IMG/VR virus record: IMGVR_UViG_3300046744_000381
Location: 32,001 to 96,000 of that record
Length of the DNA: 64,000 bases
Source of the DNA: a virus
Direction: 5' to 3' (one strand)
The first letter of the stretch is position 1, and every line of letters begins with the position of its first letter. Of this stretch, positions 46,283-58,200 are shown piece after piece. Both the position numbers and the translations under genes were made by a program. The notes under the pieces were generated by a model. The model did not search any database. It was given only the letters and a program-made list of their open reading frames with translations, and was not told where the DNA came from.

Positions 46283-49200
46283 GGGCGAGCTTATATGTGC
46301 TATCTGTTAGGAATCTGCTTATAGTGTTCTTACTGCTTGCAAGACTTATTCCGTCATCATTCCAAATTTTACCAGTTTTTCTAATTATTCTAATTTCAGT
46401 ATCAGCAAGAGGTGCAGTAACTAATGTTAAAATATTATTTTCAACAGTAAATTCTGCTGGAACTACTACATCTCCTCCTGGACTATCTTGATCTAATGCT
46501 TCGTTGTACTGATAATAATTAGTATCAGCAGTAGAATTATTTGGATCAATTGGTGTAGCTTTTCTTAATCTTGTACCAGCTACAAAAACATCAAATTCAT
46601 TAACACTTGTTGGTGTCCAATTTAAATTAAATGTTTTTGCTGCACCATCACCTGTAAATAGTTGTGTATATGTAGTATCTTGGTAAGGAATAGTCTCGCT
46701 TACACCTTGATGGAAAACTCTGCTATTAGCTGAATGCACATCTTTTACACCAGTTCCTAGTGTTCCTCTTCTTAATTGTCTTAATACATTTCCTTGTTTT
46801 ACAAAATATTCAATTCTTTCACCGTTTATAAAAATTATACCAGGAATTGCAAGCTCTTTATTAGGTTCATCTAAACCATCTGAACTTTTTAAGTTAATAC
46901 TTAGATCATACCAATTTAAATCAACTGCTAAATCATATTCCATTCCGCTGTTAATTCTCTTATAATGATATCTATTGAGAACGTCTTTGAATATTCTATA
47001 TGCAAATTTCTGCTTACTTACATCAGCAGTAAAATATAATATTTCAATTCTATCATTTTTTATTGGGCGCTCACTTAAAATAATTGATTGTCTATTATCA
47101 GATAATGTATAATCTGCTTGCGAAGTTAAAAACTTGCCATTTAGAAATACCCAAGCATATTCAGGACCGGGTATTTTCTTGTCTAGTTTTATTTCACCTC
47201 TGCTAAGTAAGTTTCTTGTAAGATAATTAGCAGATCCTTCTGCTGCATTTGTATCCTCATATGAAACACGTAAACTTAGTCTTTCAAATTCATTTGTATC
47301 GTGATTTGAAAATACATAAATTTTTACATCTTGTGTAGGAATATCTTTTAAACTTAATCTTTCACTATCTACAACTCTGATACTATCAATTTTAAAATCA
47401 GTGCTATCGTCAAAGTATAACGACGGCGTATCGTCTTTAGCAGCAAGTGCTATTAGATCCCTAACATATCCTTGTAACTTAATTGTAACTTCTTGTCCAG
47501 TCTTTGTATATTCCTGTACAGTACCAATTACATTAGTGCTATCATTGAGTGTAAAATTAATTTGATCTAATGGAGCGTAATCAACTAACGTGCCTGCATT
47601 GCTTAATTTAATTACTGTATCTACAAAAAAGTATTCTGCATTGTCTATTAAATATACTCTAAGTATATCTCCAGATTTTCCAATTTCTCTGGTTGTAAAT
47701 TCTATTCTGCCGTTTGTAGTACTGTATATATAATTTATAGGATCAACTAATTGATCATTTATATAAACTAAAATATCTAATTGAGAAATTTTAGTTTGAT
47801 CTAATAATTGCCAATTGTCTATTTCATATGCTCTATCAACTGTCATAGTGTGCTTTTTGACATATCCAGCATCTAAAAATTTATCGCCTACTTTAACTAG
47901 GATATTATGACTAATTGGTTTTTTGTTAAACGGCAGTGGTACTGCACCATTTGATCCAAAAGTGTGTGATCTTTGTGTAGATACAGTTCTATCAAACGTA
48001 TCATCTATTGCAAGTTGACTGTATTGCTTTCCTGTACCTTTATAAAGAGTATATGTTATAATGCTATTAGCCGGTGGCACTTCACCAAATACAAGCATAA
48101 CCTTATTTGCATTATCGCCATATTCAGGTCCTGATGCATCTAATCCAAAAGATGTACTTATGACTCCGTTAACACTTACTACTGCCGTTACGTTTTGTTC
48201 AAACTTATAAAACGTTACAAAGTTAGCAGTGTTACCGTCACCAGTAAACGTATCACTTTCTATTATGTTAGACCCATTTGTACCAATTGTCAAGAAAGAA
48301 AGATGCTTTCCAACTGGTAATAAACTACTATCCGAAATCCTAAGTAGTTTTTCTGAATAATCTATTTCATACTGTGCAGGATCTAAAACAACATTATCTA
48401 ATTTTACAATTACACTATCTTGTGTAGCTGGTAAATTTTCTAAATAGTATTCAGCACTGCCGCCATCTGTTCTAAAATTTTGTACAGTAATTACGCCTTG
48501 TCCGTCATTTACACGCTCGTAAACTTGTAGATCTAGTGTATCTAAAATTTGTCCAGGTACTTGTTCTTCGGTACCTTTACTTGTTGTTGGACTTACAAAA
48601 TCATCACCGTCAATTACAATATTGCCTGCGTCAATGCCTGTTGCTGTACTAAACTGTCCTGCAACATTTGTTAAATCGCCGCCATTTATTTGTGTATCAA
48701 AGATTACGCCACTTGGTGTAACTGCACCATCGCTTGTTTCTTTTCTAACAATTATCGTATCGCCGTCTCTAGTTACTAGTTGATCTTCATCTAGTATAAA
48801 TGTGCTTGTTATTCCGTCACCTGTAATAGTCAACATTATTGAATCTTCTGGTGCTTCTGATGTTCCGTAAGCTTCACTATCAATTCTTACAGGATTATCA
48901 TTAATACCTGCTGTTGCAGCCTTATAATATACATTATATTTTACACCTGCTTCAAATGGCACACTAACAGTTATTGATCCTGTACTACCATCAAGCACAA
49001 ATACTTCATCTTCTAGGTTCCCACTAAATCTATCAAATGGTGTAGAACCAAATAAATCTCCGTTGTTAAAACCTTGTGATGCTCCAAAGCTTGCTGTATC
49101 AATTTGCACACCGCCATAGTCTACGCCATCCATAAGTTGAGATAATTCTTTACCAAACTGACCAGTTGTTGGATTATAGTAAAAATTAATTCTATCTGAT

Positions 49201-52200
49201 GCACTTAGATAATTCACATCTTTGTCGTATTCAATTACGATAGTTTTGTTATTTGATGGTGCATTTGCAAAACTCACTACACCATAATATCTTGGATAGG
49301 TTACAGTTTTATCTAGTATATTACTAATACTGTAATCTGTTGCTAGTTGTTCAACTCCGTCTACTGTGACTGTAATCTTAGAAGGCCTAACATCAATTGG
49401 CCATTTTAAGATAAAATCAATTTGTGATCCTGTACCTGTAAATGTTTGCGTAACATCCAAATCAGTAACAAAATAACTTCCTGTAATCCTATCAAACTTT
49501 ATTAACATATGTGTTGATCTAACCGGAGAATTGCCAATGATAGCAGTTGCTCTAGCTGGCTTGGCTGTACTATAATCTTCTTGATCACCTTCAAATGTTA
49601 AAGTAGGAGCTGTTATATATTTTAAGTTTGCAAAATCAATTACAATACCTGTAACTTTGCCTTCGTTGATAGTGGTAGAACCAATTACTGTTGGGCCGCC
49701 GCCACCGCTCATAACTAATCTAGGTGCATTTGTCCAGCCAGTTCCGCCATCTGTCAATACAACTTCTTTTACTTCAAATCCTACATTGTCAAACCAATTT
49801 TTTTGAGGATAAGTTGTTACAAACTCACTGTAATTTCTAATTTGACTATCTAAGACTTGTGCAGTTTCTGATACAATTTTTTCAGCATTTAAATCATATC
49901 GTGGAGGTAAATCAAAATCAGTTACGTTTGTTTGTGTAGGATCAATATTTTCATAAGCACTAACAAATTCTCTAATTTTTGTGCTATAAGGTTTTACTTC
50001 ATTTACATAGTCGTTGTAGCTTTCTAAACTATCACTCTTGTATGTTGTTTTTTGATCTAATCCACCTACGTTATGTTTTGCTTTTATAAATGCAGTTTTG
50101 AATATCCAATCTATGGTCGGTTGTTCAGCAAGTGCATATCTCACACTACTAAAGAAAAGTTTATTCCACTCTACTTTCAATTCGTCTACAAATATAGTTT
50201 GATTAATTGTGTTTAAAATTATTCTTACTTCTTCGCCTGCATCTCTGTCATACAATGCGCTATCGTAAACTGCTTTGTCGAATCCAAAACGTTCGTTGTT
50301 AAATAACAATCTACTAAATTCTATAGTTCCGTTTTGTCTTCCTATTGTTTCATAGTTTACAGTATAATCTACTTCTAATTGATTATCTATTTTTTTCAAT
50401 AATAACCAACCACCAGAGCCAATAGTTTCTATTTTTATAATATCGCCTAAATTGTCTTTTAGCCCACCGAGAGCATAACTTCCTGGTACTAAGTAATCAA
50501 TATTTGTTTCTTTACTGTAGCCTTCTGCATACCAATCTATGTATTTCCAATAAAGGCTGGCATCATAACTTTGATTATTAATACGTATCCATTCTTTTTC
50601 GGTTGAATTCCAGATATAAGTTGCCCAAAAACCTAACAATGTAGTATCAGTTGTAATTAATGCAGTAAATGGCCTTACAGTAACAGTCGTAGTTGTTGAA
50701 TTATAATTTTTACCTTCATTTATAATATTTGCTTCTATAACTTGACCAAGATTATTAATAACAGTTTCAATTTCAGCTCCTATGCCAGAACCTGTAATTG
50801 TAACTTTTGGACCTCTACGTTTAGTATCAGTTGCACTGTTAAATGCAGGATCAATATAGCCTCTACCTGCATTTGTAATAGTGACTTTTGTCAATCTGCC
50901 ATCTACAATATCAACACTTAATTGTGCTTGGTCTAATTTAGATGTACCGATAAAACGTAACAATGTTTCATTCTCTACAACAGTATCGTATTCTCTTGAG
51001 ACATTAGTAGGTTGTGGATCTTTAGAAGATAGTCCACTTATATCAAATTCATCTACAATTAATTTTTTTGATAAAACAAGATTTATTCTTTCGATAACTT
51101 GCTTTAATGCTTCTGTACGGTTTACAAACATTGTTTGTAAAGGATCATCCAAAATTCCATATCTTCTAGCCGGACTTAAAGTTGTTACAGGTAACAATGT
51201 TCTTTGTTTATCGTATCCTACTAAACTATCTATCCATTTACTTACAACTCTATCATTGGGCTGACTTGTAGCAAGACCTTCTGTAAGAAGGTTGTATTCT
51301 CTATGTATATTATTAATTTTTACTTCTTCAGTATTATAATATTCAAAATGCAAAACAGTGTCAGTGTCTTTTACTAAATTTGTACAATTGTATATTGCAA
51401 AATTATTTCTTCCAAACATACCTAAGAATCTATATCCGTTAGCAGCAGGATCCTCAATTAACGATGCAACAGCATTAGCAGTAATAGTTCTGTTTGTAAT
51501 TGTTGGTAAAACTTTTGAGTTTTTTACCCAATAGTAATATTTTGCCGAAAACAAACCAGTAATTGGATCGTAAACATTTTTTCTTACATATCGTTGATTG
51601 CCGTATCTAGATACACCACTTACACCATCTGCTAAACCTTCTGTGGTATCTGCAATAGCGTCCCATTCGTCTGGTAATAATGTTGAAGATACCCATTCAT
51701 AGATATCAATACTGTAACCAGGTATAATTTTGTTCCAAACATTAGAACTATAATCAGCATTTTTTTGGTATGGATTATACCATTTGACTGCATTCAAATC
51801 CCACAGCAACTCGCCAACACGTTCTTCGCCCCAAGGATTAACTACTCCGGTATTTGTATTACCAATATTATACACTGCTGGATCATAATAAAGTTTATAA
51901 TTTATTTCTCTTTCAGCAGCATTAGCAATTTTACCTTGGATAGGATCTATCAAATCTATATATGTAATTAAATCACTTGTTACACTATCGTATAAAAAGG
52001 CTCCACGCATTTTATCATAATTAATAAAATCTGTTGCTTCGCCAAGCGTGTTCCAGTTTGTAATATCTTTGTCGTGACGTAAATCAAAAATTAAACCAAA
52101 TTTACTATCACCTGTGTCTAATCCTTCAAATCCTAGATACAAGTGATTATTTTGATATAATATTTCTACATCATCGGCAGTTGACAAGTCTCTTTGTAAT

Positions 52201-55200
52201 GTCAGGCCGTTGTCTATATAATATGATTCGTAATCAATAACTTCACTTACAGTGTAAATTTCATTCAAAAGTTCGTAAGTATATGCTTGCGGTCTTCTAC
52301 TTGAAAAATCATATAACTTTGTACTATTATTATCAAAGGAAGTAGCATTTGAATCAAATTGTGTACCACCAATATTTAAACCATTAATACCAATTACACA
52401 TAATTTATTATTACTAAATTCAACCTTATATCCGAATCTTTCATTTTTACTAGAAGCAGGAGCTTGTAACGTCTGTGTGTTTTCAAAAGCAAGCGAAGAT
52501 GAATTATATTTGTAAATATAGACAAGTCCTTTATCTATACCGGTATCGGTATTTGTTTCTATATCTGCTGAATTAGCACCTACTGCTATATAATTTCCAT
52601 CGTCACTTAATGCTACACTTGTTCCCCATAAGATATCTGTATTTGGCGTAGTGATAGCTTCATAAAAAGCATAGCGTCCTTCTTGTAATCTATATACATT
52701 TACTTGAAATTCATCTGTACTAGTATTAAAAGCAGTAAATGTTAAAACTTCACCGTTTGTGCTTACATCAATATTTTTTCCTGCTTGATTCGTATTGTTA
52801 AATGCAGTGCTGTCATTATCGCCTTGAATTGTTGAACTGTAAGGCAAATAACCAAATCTGTCTACATTATTATCAACACTTTCCCATAACGCAATATCTG
52901 TTGGGCCGTTACCGCCTTTTGGAATATCGACTTTTGCTTTATACAGTTGTCCATTTTCTTGAACAATAGCACCAGTTACATATGAATGGAAGTTATCCCA
53001 GTCTCCTCTAAATGTAACATCTATTGTTCCTCTCATTTCCATTATAGAATAAGTTGTGTCGTAAAGATAAACTCTACCGTTATTGCCTTCACTGCGTACA
53101 TAAAGTTTATATGTTTCATCTGTAGTAAATGCAGTTTCCAAGCCAATACCAAATTTTTCATCGCCAGTAGGTTCATTTGAAACAAATTGTTCTAACAAGT
53201 AATATGAGTTATCTAGATTTTTCTTATATACATAAACAATACCTTGGTTGGTTAATCCACTTGCATATCCTTCATCGTCTGCAGGAATTTTGTAGACTTG
53301 TTCCCAATCTCTACTGTTTGTATTAATGCTACTACTATCATCATCTGTAGCCCTTTTTGCTCTCCATAACGTGCCTCTATCGCTTACAATATCATCTTTT
53401 AAAATGTTGAATGATGATTCAGCTTCGCCCCTGTATCGTGTTTTAACATTACTTGCAAGAGGCGCTGCTACGAACATAAACTGACCATCTCCGGAAAATT
53501 TAATTTTTTGGCCAAATGCACTTGCACTATTATGTAAATTTGTAGGTACAATTATTTCTTGTATAAAGTTTAACGTTTGTGTTTCGCTTGACCTAGTATA
53601 AACATAAACCTTGCCATCTATTGGCCTACCGACTGCAAATATACTATTAAAGTCGTTTACAGCAAAACTAGATCCGTATCCGCCGTCTCCGTTTTCTATG
53701 TTAAACAATTCTTGTTTTCCTGAGAAAATTTTGTTGTTTTTAAATACACCAAATTTGTCATTTGCAACATTATCTATCCAGATAGTATTGTTTTCATTTA
53801 ATCCAAATTTATTAATATCTGCATTTACATTACTAGGAGTATCGTAACGTTTTGAAAGTAATTTAGTAATAATACCAGTAGTACTATCATTCAAGTCTAA
53901 AAATTCTTCATTAAAAGTAATATCAGCTACTACACTGACAACAGTACCAGAAATATTGTTTATTTTATAAAATCCGTCGATATTATCGTCAATAAATTGT
54001 ACACCAAATATTTCACCTATAGCTAAATCAGGAATACTATCAAATTTTAAATCAAATCCTGTAGTTGTTTTAGTATATGTTTCAACTCTGTTTGAAATAA
54101 GAGTGTGTTGATATATGTTCCAGCTATTTTTTTCTGACGTTACCCAAATTATATTATCTATCGGGACATTGGCTATATCTAATTCCAAAATATCATTTGG
54201 TGTTTTAGCAAGAAAGTCTATTTGATCTAAACTAACATAGCCAGCAGTTTTAGAATATTCATCTGTGCTATATTTGTAAGGAAATGGATTTTTGGTATAG
54301 TTTTGCGGTTTTATATAAACTTTTGATTCAGGAATTTCATAAACTAAGTCTGTTCTGTTTGTGTCCACAGCATCAACAAGTTCAATTAATTGAGGTTCAA
54401 TTCTAAATTTTGTTTCGTCTAGTTTATATTCAAGTTCATCAAATGTATCAGTTGCGCCGTATTGAGCATTTCTTATTGCCCATTCTTCATAAAACTCTAA
54501 ACTTTCTTGATCTGTACTTCCTAATTTATCAAAGAATTTAGTTAAACTATTCAGTGTTCCTTTTTCTTGGATAAATCCTTGATAAAATTTATATTGGCTA
54601 ATATCATCTTCAATTATATTATCAAGATATTCTCTTTTCTGATAACCAATCAAATGCTGCGCAAGGCGTTGCTGTTCAGTATCAAAATTATCTGTATCTA
54701 AATCATAAAAATCTGCAAACTGATTTACTTTGTAATCAAAGTTTGCTTTGAGACCGCTTTCTGGTCTATCGTCTAATCTATTCCATAAACTGCTGTCAAA
54801 TACAGAATCTCCACTTATAAATATATTGGCTGAATAATAAAATTCTTTATATTTTACTAAATCGCCAAGTGCATAATCCTGCCACTGTTCCCATTCTGTA
54901 ATATTTGCTTGATCGTAAATAAATCCTGGAATATTTAAATTACCATTCCAATTATCTGTTCTATAACCTACAACTTTTATACGTTCTTGTCTATACCCAC
55001 TTGATGGATTATATATTGTATCATTGAACACTGTTTTATTATCTATAATTACCGAATGATCTTTTTGTATCAAACCTAACTTGCAAAAGTAAATTGCATT
55101 GTCAGCAGTGTTTGGCAAAATAGTAACACTATTACCGGTATCTCTACTAATATTAACACTATAATCTTTGACCGCAGTTCCGTCTAAATTAAGTATTTTA

Positions 55201-58200
55201 TAACCAAATATATTTTCCTTAACATTATCTATAACAAAATAATCTTTTCCAAAAGTCAAACTATTTGCACACGGACTTAGTGTAATTATTGTTCCTACAC
55301 TCCAGTTTTGTGTTGTATAGAATAGAAACTCTTTTATGCTTAATGTCCAGTCTTCAACGGCTTCAGTTTCACGGTTAAAAAAGTCAAAAACAAATCCTTG
55401 CTTTTTTAAGTAATCTTCATAACCCTGTATAAAATCTACAACTTCTTGTGCAGTTGCTAATACTGCACCGTAATTAATTGTATTAGTATCGTTGCCAAAG
55501 TTTTTTCTAAGAGTTGCAGTTGCTCCTCCGATAATAGGCAAATTACGTAACGGACTATAGAAACTTGGATCAAATTGATCAGTTGTTGTATGGTTTACAT
55601 TTACTCTATAATATGTATTTTCATATCTTACAATTTTACCTGCAATATATTGTTTATCTTCTGTCCAATATAAAAAGCTTTCACTTATGCCCCCTACATT
55701 AATCGCAATATCATTACTAGATAAAATCGGAGTGCTATAAGTAAATACAGGATTTTCTTTGTCATATCCAGATATTTTGAATCCGTTTGTTCGTTTTTCG
55801 ATAATAACACCGCTATATGTTACAGTTGTAAGTGGAGAACTTTGTACCAAATCTATCTTATAATTTTCAAATGGAACAAAAACATTTCCTTTATTAGAAG
55901 GATTTTTGCTATCTAATACAAGTTTTAATTTTTGTTTTTCACCAAACCCGCCTAACTTGAATGCAATCTTGTGTTTAAGATTTTTTAACTTTTTTGTAAA
56001 ATTTTCATATTGACTAGTTACGTCACTTGCCATATAATCGTAAATGTAGTTACTAAAGCCTGCAGTCAAAATTTGTTCTCCATCTTTTTGTGTGTTGGTA
56101 CACAATAAGTTAGATAATTTTATTCTTTGGCTAGTTTCTCCGTTGTATACAAGTTGCCCTGTTAAATTTCTGCTAATTCTTGATCTATCAAACCCAACAC
56201 CTAATACTTGTGCCGGTCTATTAATCATAATTGCTTTTAATAATGCAAAAGGATATTCGCTACTACGTCTCCAAGCAGTTTCAGTAGGTGTATGATCACC
56301 AAATTTAAATGTTTGGCCATTTTGCACTGAAAAACTAAATTCATTTACATAACCACTGTTTAAAGGACTACGTACATTACCGTTTTGGTCTACAGGAATA
56401 TGTTTTGTTAATCCAGGGCGAATAAATCTTTTATCAGTACGTATTAGGTTGCTAGATCTAATTATACCTTTTTCTAAATCATTCCACAGTACTAGATTAT
56501 TTTGTGTATAAGGTGCAGGGCCGTATTTGCTTTCCCACCACGAAGGCTTTACACTTAATCCAAGCATTTCCCAAGGACGTAAGTTTGGCGAATCAGTATC
56601 ATAAGCATTAATATAAATGCCTCTCCAAAATCCTGCTAACGGTAAATTATTTTTATTGCTTCCAAAACCGTAATTATATGTAAATGTTTGTGTTTCAGAT
56701 ACAAAACTATTATCAGTATAATCAGCATTACCTGCTTTTGTTAACCAGTTTACAAAATCACTAATAAGAATTTTATTTAAATCACCAACTTTTACTTTAC
56801 TATTTCTGTATTCACCACTTACATAATCCCAAATATCAAATATACTCTTGTCATACGAAACTTTTATGTTATTGTAAAATCTTTTTTCTAATTCTAATAA
56901 CAAATTATCTCTATAATCGTTATAACCAATTATTATACTTCCGTCGTGTCCTCTGATCGCTGTTTGCGCTTCTTGATATGTTGTGTCGGAAAATACTTCT
57001 GGCTTGTATGCAGGATACAATCCTAATTTTGTAGGTGTTTGAGGAATATAGCTACCATTAGTAGTTTCATATTCGTATATCTCAATCATATCGTTTAGCA
57101 CTAAATTAAACTCTGTAGTGAATTGCACAAAGCCTTCACTAGTAAAAACATAATCTAAATTTACACAAACTTGCTCACCATTTACATAAACGTTTACAGC
57201 TTTTTCACTTAATGTATCTAGAGTAAACACATTTGATAATGCATAGAATTTAATATCAGGGTCTAAAACTTTGTGTTCTATTTTTTTATTTGCGCCAATA
57301 CCTGTCATATCTGAATGATAAAAAGGCATACTTGATTTTTTATCTTTTACTAATGATAATAAAACTTGATCTACTTGTTCTTTTATTGATCCGTCTAAAT
57401 TTAAATTTTCAGCTTCTTGTACAAACGCCCTTTTAAATTTACTATATTCATTTTTGGCAAAGTTTAGTGCAGCAACTAAATTATTTTCTTTGTTACTGAT
57501 AGTAAATAATGGCAAATTAATCGGTCCACTATGTTGTACAAATTTTCTACCGTATTTTTTTACATTTCCTAGATCACGCAAATTGTTTGCGCCAGGTTGT
57601 GTTCCTACAAAGTTAGGTACTTCTTCTGCAACGCTATCCACGTGGTCGCTGACTTCACCTAAAGTAAATTGTGTAATGTCTTCGTTTAAAGGATTTCTTT
57701 CAAAATTATGAGCAGTTTCATAATATCCTTTACTTGTTTTATTTGCTGTTTTTGAATGAGCTTTAATTATTAAAATATCATCTACATTTAAGTCAGTAAA
57801 AAACTGTACATTTATTCTGTTATTTGCATCAGTGGCAAAATTAAAATCAACGCCTTGTTTTTTTACAATATTGTTTACATAGACTATAATTTTTAAATCA
57901 GCAACAAGAGCACTCTCTTTGAAAACATCAACAATAAAGTTATTTGTACGTTCTTGTCCAGTATATTTTCTTATAACGTATTGTTTACTTAATGAAGGAG
58001 CCTTTACCCAGCCATTAACATAATTAAAATCTACACCTCTATGTTCAAATTTCTTTAAAAATCCAGTTGAGGTAGCAACTTGAAATACTTGATTGTTTAC
58101 TTCATATGTAAATGAATCTTTTAATAAACTAAAATCAAATAAAATATCACCAGTATTGGCTATATTTTTGTAAGACAAAGGAAATCCTAATTCTGGATCA